64,000 bases of DNA from an uncultured Chloroflexia bacterium. Lineage in GTDB: Bacteria; Chloroflexota; UBA6077; JACCZL01. A program made the translations under genes and the position numbers. The stretch spans positions 352,001 to 416,000 of the forward strand of contig CAVXYC010000023.1 of the NCBI GenBank assembly GCA_963765765.1, read 5' to 3'. Position 1 is the first letter of the stretch, and every line of letters begins with the position of its first letter. A model generated the notes under the pieces. The model did not search any database. It worked only from the letters and a program-made list of their open reading frames with translations, and was not told where the DNA came from. Below are positions 22,467-31,198 of this stretch, piece by piece.

Positions 22467-23395
22467 AGGGCGGACGAACTGCATCTCAGCACGATAGCCC
22501 GGTACTTTGCGGACGAACAAAAGGCGTACAAGCTCCTCGAACGCATCCGCTGGCCCAACGGCCCGGGGTGCCCGCACTGCGGCACGGTGGACGAGACGTA
22601 CTACCTCGAACCCAAGGACGGCCCCGCACCACGCGCACCGGCAAGCAGACGTTCCGCCGCGTTTGGAAGTGCGCGCAGTGCCGCCAGCAGTTCTCCGTCA
22701 CCGTGGGGACGATCTTCGAGGAAAGCAAGATCCCGCTGGCCAAGTGGCTCATGGCGGTGCATCTGATGTGTGCCGGCAAGAACGGCGTGGCCGCGCTGGA
22801 ACTGAAGCGCACCCTCGCTATCAGTTTCAAGTCGGCCTGGTTCATGTGCCATCGCATCCGCAAGGCGATGGAGCGGGAGCCATTGGCCAGCAAGCTCGGC
22901 GGGATCGTGGAGGCCGACGAGACGTACATCGGCGGGGTCCGGAAGGTCACCAAGGCCGGACGCCCCGGCAAGGACTCCCACAAGACCGCCGTGGTGAGCC
23001 TGGTGGAGCGCGGCGGGGAAGTCCGCCCGCATGTGGTCAAAAATGTCAGCAGCTTGACGCTGCGCGATGTCATCACGGCGAATGTGGAGCCGAGCGCCAC
23101 GCTGATGACCGATTCATTCCACGCGTACGACCGGGTCGGGCGCACGATGGCCAAGCATGATAAGGTGGACCACGGCGCGGGCGAGTATGTGCGGAGCGAA
23201 GCCCACGTGCAGACCGCCGAGAGCTACTTCAGCCAGCTCAAGCGACCACTCGATGGCACGCAGCATCACGTGAGCAAGCAGCGTCTCGACCGCTACGTCT
23301 CGGAGTTCGACCACCGCTACAACACGCGGAAAATGAGCGACGGCAAGCGGACGGAACTGGCGATTCAGAAGGCCGCGGGCAAGCGGCTGGTATAG
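22467..23395 (+). mobile_element. IS1595-family (ISXO2-like DDE) transposase, frameshift near 22625, start codon unclear
   Basis: RWPNGPGCPHCG zinc ribbon, WKCAQCRQQFSVTVGTIF, SAWFMCHRIR, VEADETYIGG, LMTD, AESYFSQLKR, EFDHRYN, GKRL. Confidence 0.93.
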
Positions 23396-23448
23396 AAGGA
23401 GCCAGTGACCGACTAGGCCCGGGCTCCTGAAAACGACGTATAATGTAG

Positions 23449-23552
23449 TGGTCCCCCGGACGGGGCTGGAACCCGTAGACCGGTTACCAGTTGACGCTAG
23501 GCCGGTCTCCCGATCCCAAATCGGGTGTGTCTACCAGTTCCACCACGGGGGG
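23449..23552 (-). tRNA. Non-canonical tRNA-like gene: class II (Leu-type) body, anticodon UGG (Pro), 32-nt variable arm, encoded CCA
   Basis: CCCCCCG-TG-GTGGAACTGGTAGACAC-A-CCCGA-TTTGGGA-TCGGG-[AGACCGG..CCGGTCT]-ACGGG-TTCCAGC-CCCGT-CCGGGGG-A-CCA. Confidence 0.8.
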
Positions 23553-23653
23553 CGGTGGGAAAGCCCCGGAGCCGCGCGTCTAGACAGCCTTGGCTCCGGG
23601 GCCGCTGATCTCCTCATATTCGAGCACCTCGTCTGATCAGTTGGGCGAGACCT

Positions 23654-23692
23654 AAGCCTCCGGAGTCGCGATCTTCCGGGGGCTTTTCTCTT
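23654..23692 (+). terminator. GC-rich hairpin with U-tract on + strand
   Basis: AAGCCTCCGGA..TCCGGGGGCTTTTCTCTT; also lies in the leader of the minus-strand tRNA transcript. Confidence 0.5.
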
Positions 23693-23703
23693 GCCGTCAG
23701 TTA

Positions 23704-23732
23704 AGTCTAGCAATTTATCTCCATCGAGGCAA
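23704..23732 (-). promoter_or_regulatory. Sigma70 promoter driving the tRNA-like RNA
   Basis: TTGCCT-17 nt-TAGACT with extended -10 TG. Confidence 0.7.
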
Positions 23733-23774
23733 GGCTTCTGAAGATAAAATCACGGCGATGGTTCTCAGTTCTTA

Positions 23775-23803
23775 TTGCCAAGTCGGAGATACGCTGGTAG
23801 ACT
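23775..23803 (+). promoter_or_regulatory. Sigma70 promoter driving the 23826 gene
   Basis: TTGCCA-17 nt-TAGACT with extended -10 TG; GGAGG RBS then ATG 23826. Confidence 0.7.
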
Positions 23804-23825
23804 TACAGCAGAACGGAGGCCAGAC

Positions 23826-24843
23826 ATGGTCCAAGCGGCAGTAGCGGAGCGGAAAAAGAAGGACCGCAGCCCGAGTTATCCGGCCATTGACCTGGAGACG
23901 GCGCTAGAACGAGCACGGCAGCTTCTCTCTAAAGAGGGTCGCCATTATGCGCCGATCAGCGCGATACTTCAGCACTGGGGATACGCCACTAAGAGCAGCG
24001 GCGGCCTGCTTACAACGGCCGCACTGAAGAAGTTCGGTCTCCTTGAAGATCAAGGGAGTGGCGAGAATCGGAAAGCACGGATCACTGATCTGGCATATCG
24101 CATCCTCATCGATGATCGGCCTAACTCAGAACAGCGTGCGGCGCTTATTCGCGAGGCGGCATTGACGCCGCCGATTCATGCTGAGCTGTGGCAGGAGCGC
24201 GGTCCCGACGGTTCACTCCCGTCCGACGTGACTTTGCGCTTCACTCTCCGCACTGAACGAGGCTTCACAGAGACCGCCGCTTCCGACTTGATCAACGAGT
24301 TTCGCCAGACGATAGCCTTCGCGGGGTTAGACCAGACTGATACAATGTCTGGTAGTGTCGAAGATAAAATCGACCCTGCGGGAGGCGAGCAAGCGACACC
24401 GCCGCCAGGGACTCAACTCGAAAAGCCGGGCTGCGAATCCGGCGAAGCCGCCAACGGCTGGTCCCGGCACGCAGTCTATAAATCTGCCGCTCGATGCTGC
24501 CGCCGGCGAATGGGCGACGCTGGTTGCGCCGTTCCCCCTCACTAAGGAGAAGTGGGATCAGATGCTGGTGGTCCTTGAAGCGATGAAACCGGCATTGATC
24601 GCCCAGCCAAAGCCCAAAGCCGGACCCGATAGGATGGTCGAGGAGATGGCCCAACCCTCGTCTATCACTGCCGAGGCGCAGGAACTGCTACAGAAGGTCG
24701 ATGACGGTGGGGTGCCGACGGCGATGACCGAGAACCTCAGGCGCATTGCCACCGAGAACGGCATTGCCGTCACTCCCGACATGAGCCCGAACAGCATCAT
24801 CGACGAACTTCAAGAAAGTCGCTTGATTGCTAGGGGGGCGTAA
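23826..24843 (+). CDS. Hypothetical winged-helix-like protein (possibly DUF5343-related), frameshift near 24430
   Basis: RSPSYPAIDLETAL..WGY..S.G...AALKKFGLLE..ITDLA..AALTPPIH N-domain, Pro-rich linker, small C-terminal domain(s). Confidence 0.65.
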
Positions 24844-24863
24844 GCCCCGCAGTACAATGAGGC

Positions 24864-25004
24864 ATGGCCGAGACCGCACGCCGCAAACGTGAGAAGCCGG
24901 TAAGCCTCGCGCCGCTCGATTTCGAGGACGCTCTACGCGGCCTGATCGCAACCGGCCTAGACCGAGGCCGCCGAGAAGAAGGCACAGAAGTAAGCGACGG
25001 CTGA
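24864..25004 (+). CDS. 46-aa small protein, not in ORF track
   Basis: MAETARRKREKPVSLAPLDFEDALRGLIATG..; TACAAT -10 five nt before ATG (possibly leaderless). Confidence 0.55.
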   Translation: MAETARRKREKPVSLAPLDFEDALRGLIATGLDRGRREEGTEVSDG

Positions 25005-25037
25005 TTTGGAGGCAAGCTCGGTCGCGACCGTCTGAGG

Positions 25038-25262
25038 ATGCAGGCGGGTGAGCGAGCGCCGTGCACACGCACCACCCTGCCCGTGCTGACCGGGGTGCTC
25101 TGCGGGAGACAGCGAAAGGGTCAACTGCTTAACGGCGACGTGAGCGGCGGTGCTGTCTACACTTATATCCAGTGCCCGACGTGCGGCCGTCTCTGGCGCC
25201 ACATCGAAGATTACGGTTACGGCGGCCACAGTTCGTCGTTCGAATCCGTCACGACGGACTAG
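25038..25262 (+). CDS. Small CxxC protein
   Basis: IQCPTCGRLWRH motif; GGAGG about 25 nt upstream; start uncertain. Confidence 0.35.
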   Translation: MQAGERAPCTRTTLPVLTGVLCGRQRKGQLLNGDVSGGAVYTYIQCPTCGRLWRHIEDYGYGGHSSSFESVTTD

Positions 25263-25332
25263 GTACTCGCTTCCCTCGCACCGTCGCACCACCTCCACCG
25301 TACTACTGTAACGATGGAGCTGACTATACGGG

Positions 25333-25348
25333 TGTTTCACGTGAAACA
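25333..25348. promoter_or_regulatory. parS site (perfect consensus)
   Basis: TGTTTCACGTGAAACA, within a 24-bp palindrome 25329-25352. Confidence 0.85.
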
Positions 25349-25566
25349 CCCGGTTGCTTGGCGCCCGTCGCCAGAACTGCGCTCGGCTTCGTCCGTCGCT
25401 CTCGCACTACGCGCTCACGTTATGCTGATAAAGCGCAGCTCGATCGGATCGTCCACGCAGTTCAGTGCGCTTCGCTCTGCTGAGATAGGCGCTGTCCAGT
25501 TTCGGTAAGCAATGGCTCTCTGAGAAAGAGTCGGTGTTTCCTTAGTCTTCAGCGCTATGCGCCGAG

Positions 25567-25582
25567 CGTTTCACGTGAAACG
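25567..25582. promoter_or_regulatory. parS site
   Basis: CGTTTCACGTGAAACG perfect palindrome. Confidence 0.8.
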
Positions 25583-25594
25583 TTCCACTCTGGC

Positions 25595-26918
25595 TCAAGC
25601 CGGAACGGCCGCTTTCGCAGCAGCGTCACCAACCTGGTAGGAGCGCTCCAGCAAGTCCACGACGTGAACCACCTGGACTTCGTCGCCTCGCTTGCGGAAT
25701 CCACCGGCGATCTGCATGGCGCAACCCGGATTGGGCGCCACCACCAGGCTGGCGCCGGTGCGCTCGATATTGCCGAGCTTCGGCTCCAGGATCTGCATGC
25801 TCAGGTCGTAGTGGGTGATGTTGTAGATTCCGGCGCTGCCACAGCACTGGTCGGGCTCAATCATCTCCACCAGCTCGAGTCCGGGAATCGACTTGAGCAG
25901 CTCGCGTGGCTGGTTGCGAATGCCCTGACCATGCACCAGGTGACAGGGATCTTGATAGGTCACCTTGACGTTGAGCTCGCCCAGGCCTTCCGTGCGAAGC
26001 CCGATGTGCACGAGAAACTCTGAGATATCGCGGACCTTGTCCGCGAACGCCTGCGCGCGATCGCGCCACTCAACGTCGGCGTGAAACAGCTCGCCATATT
26101 CCTTCAACGTGGATCCGCAGCCGGCCGCGTTGATGATGACGTAATCGACATCCGCCTGCTCGAAGACCTCGATGTTCTTTCGAGCCAGATCGCGCGCGCC
26201 ATCGCGCTCGCCGCTATGCACGTGAAGGGCGCCACAACAACCCTGTGCTGGCGGCACCACGACCTCGCAGCCGTTGCGCGCGAGAACTCGAGCGGTCGCA
26301 AGGTTCGTCTCGCCCATGAACTGACTCATCACGCAGCCGGAGATCATGCCCACGCGGTACCTACGCTCACCCTGCGCCGGGATGATGTCGGGAACCTGCA
26401 CTTTGCCGATCCCACCCTGGATGTCGCCAAGCATGCCTTCAGCGTTGCGAAGACCCTTGGGCGCAAGGTTAAGTAACCCTGATTTGCGCACAAGTGACTG
26501 TACGCCCGAACGCTGATAGAGCCGTGTAAACGTCCCAATGCTATCCAGCGCCGCGTTGGACGTGAATACTTTGCTTAAGATCGTCCGTGAGATGCTTCGC
26601 TCGCTCTTCGGCGGCGGCGTCAGTCCACGCGCTGCTTCGATGATGCTGCCGTACTGCACGCCTGCGGGACAGATGGTTTGACAGGCACGACAATCGAGGC
26701 AGCCGTAAATGTGCTCCTGATATTGCGGGATCGTCAGGAGCGACTTTACCCTCATAGACTGACTTGATCTGGAAGATTCGCCCGCGGGGCGAATCCATCT
26801 CGACCTTGAGTACGCGGTACGTCGGACACGCGTCCAGACACAGTCCGCAATGTACGCACTGCTTTAGAAGCCGACGATCTAACTCCATCGGCGCCGGAAC
26901 GGGTGTCTCAGTTGCCAT
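25595..26918 (-). CDS. glcF: Glycolate oxidase Fe-S subunit, copy 2, frameshift near 26725
   Basis: [56 protein letters not shown]. Confidence 0.9.
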
Positions 26919-26970
26919 CGTTGTCTACTGCTCTCAATGTATTGAAGAGTGTGAAATGCCAGAACCTTGA

Positions 26971-28290
26971 TTATAAGTGGCCGACGAATCGCCCCGGATT
27001 AAGGATGCCGTGTGGATCGAATCGCTGTTTGAGCGCTGTCATGATGCGAAAGCTCGAGCCAACCTCGCCCCATACGTCAATTGTCGACTTGAGCTCGGTT
27101 GGACAGCGCTCGACCACAAGGCTGCCGCGTAACGCTACGGCCGCCGCGCGGCCTTCGTTCACGATGCGCTCGACTGCCGCGTTTGCTCCGAGAACGCGGC
27201 TGTGAATGACGCCAGTTCCGGCTTGCGCTACAGACTGAACCTCGGCACCCTCTCTCCGTCCAAGGGCATCCATACTCTCCATCATTGACGCCGAGCTCGC
27301 CGGCGGAACGCTCAGCTTCAAAACAGCGTCATCGCGTGCATCGGTGAGCTCGGAAAAACGGCGGATCTCCGACCAGGCCCGCTCACCTTCCGAGCCGTCC
27401 AGTATTTGAGCTGCCAGCGCATCGTCGAACAGAGCTACGACGTCTCGAGTTTGACGCGCGACAGCGTTCTCAAAGCCGGCCGCCAGAACGAGCAGCGCGG
27501 CTCCTGCCGATGGAATGTTGCGGCTGAGCAGGTCCGCGGAGGCGGCCGCATCGACAATCGTGAGCGCCGCTGGGTCTAGAGGTGACTTCACAAGCTTCTG
27601 GACGGCTGCCTGCGCTCGGGCGGGGGAGTCGAACACCGCCAGAACGGTGCCAAAACATGGTGGGAGCGGGTGGAGCTTGAATGAAAGCTCCACAATGATC
27701 CCAAGCGTGCCAAACGAACCGGTGTAGAGCTTGTTGAGATCGTAACCGCTCACGTTCTTCACCACTCGACCACCAGCCTTGGTGAGCATCCCCTCGGCAT
27801 TCGCCACGCGGACACCGATGACCAGATCGCGCGCGGTGCCATAGCGCTGACGCATCGGGCCGCTGGCGTTGCTCGAGACAACCCCGCCAATCGTGGCGCG
27901 CTCAGACGCGAACGGATCAAGGCCGAGCATCTGACCGTGCTCACGCAGCATGTCTTGAAGTGCGCCGAATCGCATGCCTGCCTGCACGGTGACGGTAAGA
28001 TCCGCGGGCTCGTACTCCACGACGCCATCCAACGCGCTCGTCAGTAGGACAATGTCTGCCTGTCTCGGCGCGAAACCAACTGACATGCGCGTGCCGCCAC
28101 CGCGCGGGATGACGGATGCCTTCTCTCGATGAGCAACACCGAGTATGGCCGCCACCTCTTCGGCAGTATCCGGCTCGCAAACGATGCCCGGGTGGACCCC
28201 GTCCACATCGTAAGCAGTGTCCGAGGACTCCAGGATACGAACGTGGTCCGAAACTTCCTCGAGTTGGAGGGCGAGGTTCGCGCTTGTCAC
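26971..28290 (-). CDS. glcE: Glycolate oxidase FAD-binding subunit, copy 2
   Basis: EYEPADLTVTVQAG, GGRVVKNVSGYDL.KL..GS.GTLG, FDPHGILNPGR. Confidence 0.88.
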   Translation of the reverse strand: MTSANLALQLEEVSDHVRILESSDTAYDVDGVHPGIVCEPDTAEEVAAILGVAHREKASVIPRGGGTRMSVGFAPRQADIVLLTSALDGVVEYEPADLTVTVQAGMRFGALQDMLREHGQMLGLDPFASERATIGGVVSSNASGPMRQRYGTARDLVIGVRVANAEGMLTKAGGRVVKNVSGYDLNKLYTGSFGTLGIIVELSFKLHPLPPCFGTVLAVFDSPARAQAAVQKLVKSPLDPAALTIVDAAASADLLSRNIPSAGAALLVLAAGFENAVARQTRDVVALFDDALAAQILDGSEGERAWSEIRRFSELTDARDDAVLKLSVPPASSASMMESMDALGRREGAEVQSVAQAGTGVIHSRVLGANAAVERIVNEGRAAAVALRGSLVVERCPTELKSTIDVWGEVGSSFRIMTALKQRFDPHGILNPGRFVGHL

Positions 28291-28316
28291 TGAGATCGAA
28301 TCACCAGCCAGCGTCC

Positions 28317-28410
28317 GAGCTGCGCCCGTAAGGGAGCGGTTCCTCCAAGAATTCCCAGACCGCGGGCGATGTGCCTACACGAGAGAACCGCTCTCTTACG
28401 GTCGCGGCTC
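28317..28410. repeat. Inverted pair of REP-like units (GAGCCGCGACCGTAAGGGAGCGGTT type)
   Basis: 28317-28341 and reverse copy 28386-28410. Confidence 0.7.
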
Positions 28411-28456
28411 TGAGTCTGGCCGGAGGTAACAACCGCGCTGCGGGGCCTCGCGAGAG

Positions 28457-28487
28457 GAACCGCACCCTCACGGGATGCGGCTCTGCT
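28457..28487 (-). repeat. REP-like unit AGCAGAGCCGCATCCCGTRAGGGTGCGGT
   Basis: Near-identical to 46117-46148 and 47628-47659; supplies the glcF stop codon. Confidence 0.75.
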
Positions 28488-29847
28488 GGCTGCGGCTAGG
28501 AACGCCTTCGAGCGCTTTTGGAACGGTGCCGCGGATTGATGCATCGAGTAGCTCGATCGGGTGCAACGCGGGTAGTGAGCGGCCGCAACGATCCAGCGAG
28601 CTGCTGATCTGGAGCAGACAGCCTGGATTGCTCGTTGCGACGGCTTGCGCACCGGTGGCGCCGATATTGGATGCCTTGCGATCACCCAGCTCGCGCGCGG
28701 CTTCGGGCTGCACCAGGTTGTAGATGCCGGCGCTTCCGCAGCAGAGCTCGGACTCGGCAATCTCGGCGATTTCGAGCCCGGGGATGCGGCTCAGAACCGA
28801 TCGGGGCTGCGCATAGACTCCCTGAGCGTGCCGCAAGTGACACGCGTCATGGTAGGCGACCAGGTAGGGCAGCGGATGATAGGTGGCGCGCGGCTCTAGC
28901 TCAACGAGTATCTCGGAGATGTCGCGGACTTTCTCACTGAATGCTCGGGCGCGGTCAGCCCAGAGGGAATCGTCTCGCAGCAGGTAGCCGTACTCCTTAA
29001 GGCTCGATCCGCAACCGGCGGCATTGATGACGATAGTCTCAACATTCGCACGCTCGAAGACCTCAATAAGGTCGCGCGCCCGGCCCAGCGTTCGCTCCTC
29101 TTCGCCGGCGTGGAGCTCCAGAGCGCCGCAACAGCCCTGCTCCGGCGGAACTACCACCTCGCAGCCTTCAGCAAGCAACGTACGTGCGGTTGCCGCGTTG
29201 ACCTCACCGAAGAGCACCTGCTGAACGCAACCGGTGATAAGGCCGACACGACGTCGCGCGGTACCGGCTGGCCGCAGCAGCGATGGAATTCGCACGGGCT
29301 CAAGACTCTTGCCGCTGAGCTTTGGTAGCACCGTGTCCATCGCATCCACACGGCCGGAGAGAATGTCCAACAACCCGGTGCCTCGAAGTAGCCTTCGCAG
29401 ACCCAGCTTCTCACTCGCTGCCACTCCCAGGAGTGCCGCGCGCATGCGTTTTGGGTAGGGGAAGAGCTCAAAGATCATTCGGCGGAACAGCTTGTCTTCG
29501 GGCGAGCGGGGATAATTCCGCTCCACCTGTGCACGAGTGGCCTCGATGAGCTTGTCGTACTGCACTCCCGAAGGGCAGGCCGTCACGCAGGCCATGCAGC
29601 CCAGACAGCGGTCGATGTGCGGCACCACGGTGTCGTTGAGCTGCACGTCGCCTTCGCTGGCCATCTTCATCAGGTAGATTCGGCCGCGAGGCGAGTCCAT
29701 CTCCTCACCCCACAGAGCGTAGGTGGGGCAGGTGGGCAAGCAGAATCCGCAGTGCACGCAATCAGCAATGAGCTCAGGATCGGGTGGTCGGTGCGCGTCG
29801 AAGGCCGAGGTCCCGGTTTCGGACTCGCCTGGCTTAGCAAGAGCCAT
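28468..29847 (-). CDS. glcF: Glycolate oxidase Fe-S subunit, copy 1
   Basis: [45 protein letters not shown]. Confidence 0.92.
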   Translation of the reverse strand: MALAKPGESETGTSAFDAHRPPDPELIADCVHCGFCLPTCPTYALWGEEMDSPRGRIYLMKMASEGDVQLNDTVVPHIDRCLGCMACVTACPSGVQYDKLIEATRAQVERNYPRSPEDKLFRRMIFELFPYPKRMRAALLGVAASEKLGLRRLLRGTGLLDILSGRVDAMDTVLPKLSGKSLEPVRIPSLLRPAGTARRRVGLITGCVQQVLFGEVNAATARTLLAEGCEVVVPPEQGCCGALELHAGEEERTLGRARDLIEVFERANVETIVINAAGCGSSLKEYGYLLRDDSLWADRARAFSEKVRDISEILVELEPRATYHPLPYLVAYHDACHLRHAQGVYAQPRSVLSRIPGLEIAEIAESELCCGSAGIYNLVQPEAARELGDRKASNIGATGAQAVATSNPGCLLQISSSLDRCGRSLPALHPIELLDASIRGTVPKALEGVPSRSQQSRIP

Positions 29848-31182
29848 CTAGAGGCCCCCTATCAGACGGCCAGGATTGAGCGTGCCTCGCGGGTCGAGCT
29901 CTTCTTTGACGCGACGCATGACCGGCAACGTATCGGCGACAGGTCCCCAGACATCGACCTGGCGCTTCACTGCCAACGGCGCGTCTATCACCACGGCGGT
30001 ACCTTCCCTGGGCGCCAGAGATTCACGGAACAGCTCAATTGCGTCGGTCAATAGGTCATCCTGACCATGCGTAATCCAGGCTACGCGCCCGAGCCCATGA
30101 GCGTGGATGACCGCATCCGTGATCCAGCTGTTCGCAGTGCCGATCTCAACCGCGCGATCGATCGTCGCGGCGATCTCCGTTGGCAGCACGCTGACCTTGA
30201 GCACCAACCCGGGGAGCGAAGGCATCCCAGAGCTCCCGCTCCCTCTGGGCGAGGGTTGGGGTGAGGGACCTCCGCCGGCGGCGAAGGATGTTGTTCTACC
30301 CTCACCCCAACCCTCGCCCAGAGGGAGCGGGAGTCCACGGGCTGAGACCATACTCTGTGCCGTTTCGAGCTGCGACTCTACGGATTCGAGTATGCCGCTG
30401 AATTGAGCCGTGACGCTCACCGTGCCGTCGACATCTCGACGAAGCGTGAGTCCGGTTGGCATCAGCGTCGAGCTAAGCATATCGAGCATAAGCTGCCCGC
30501 CGGCCGATGCTGATCCGACGTCCACGGTCAGCGAGCGCGTCTCGGCTGGCAGCGGATACAGGCGAAACGTTGCCTGAGTAATGATGCCCAGCGAGCCGAG
30601 CGAGCCGGTGTAAAGCTTGGGCAAGTCGTAGCCGGCCACGTTCTTCACGACTCGTCCGCCACCATGCGCGACGACACCGTCCGAACGGACCACCGTAATA
30701 CCGATGATCTGGTCGCGAACTCCGCCGTAACGGACCCGCAGAGCGCCGCTATCGTTGGTCGCGACGATGCCGCCGATCGTGGCGTGCTCAGGATGCTCGA
30801 CATCCAGGGCGAGCATCTGGCCGTTCTGCGCTAACGCAGTTTGGACGTCCGCGAAGCGCATGCCCGCCTGTATTGTCGCGGTCATGTCGCCGTGGGCGTG
30901 CTCTACGAGGTTGTCCAGTCGCTCGAGGGAGAGCACGATGTCGAGCGCGCGAGGTGGATTCCCCCAGCCGAGCTTGGTCCCGCCACCGCGAGGCGCCACG
31001 GCCAGCCCATGTTCGCTGCAGCGTGCGAGAACCGCCGCGATTTCTTGCTCTGAAGCGGGTTCAACGACCAGCGTTGGCGTAAGGCCATCGATTGCGTCAA
31101 GCGCCGTACCCTCGCGCACGTACTCCACGCCGACGAGATCATTGAGCTGTTGTCGGAGGGAAGTGGTGGATGCGTGAGTCAT
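29848..31182 (-). CDS. glcE: Glycolate oxidase FAD-binding subunit, copy 1, with in-frame palindromic insertion
   Basis: GGRVVKNVAGYDLPKL, LDPRGTLNPGR. Confidence 0.88.
   Translation of the reverse strand: MTHASTTSLRQQLNDLVGVEYVREGTALDAIDGLTPTLVVEPASEQEIAAVLARCSEHGLAVAPRGGGTKLGWGNPPRALDIVLSLERLDNLVEHAHGDMTATIQAGMRFADVQTALAQNGQMLALDVEHPEHATIGGIVATNDSGALRVRYGGVRDQIIGITVVRSDGVVAHGGGRVVKNVAGYDLPKLYTGSLGSLGIITQATFRLYPLPAETRSLTVDVGSASAGGQLMLDMLSSTLMPTGLTLRRDVDGTVSVTAQFSGILESVESQLETAQSMVSARGLPLPLGEGWGEGRTTSFAAGGGPSPQPSPRGSGSSGMPSLPGLVLKVSVLPTEIAATIDRAVEIGTANSWITDAVIHAHGLGRVAWITHGQDDLLTDAIELFRESLAPREGTAVVIDAPLAVKRQVDVWGPVADTLPVMRRVKEELDPRGTLNPGRLIGGL
30233..30333. repeat. Perfect 35-bp inverted repeat inside glcE
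   Basis: CTCCCGCTCCCTCTGGGCGAGGGTTGGGGTGAGGG / exact reverse complement, 31-nt loop. Confidence 0.9.
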
Positions 31183-31198
31183 TGACGTCGGCAGGCGC

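Noticed and set aside
22600-22650. Programmed frameshift in the transposase
   Set aside because: IS1595 transposases are single ORFs; the shift is in a C-run like other errors here
23449-23552. tRNA-Sec, 8/4 or 9/3 allo-tRNA, or ordinary tRNA-Pro
   Set aside because: Anticodon is not UCA, it folds best as 7/5, and the long variable arm and D-loop do not fit class I tRNA-Pro
23448-23636. 62-aa ORF MVPRTGLEPV...
   Set aside because: It is the antisense shadow of the tRNA-like gene (GLEP pattern from the T-arm)
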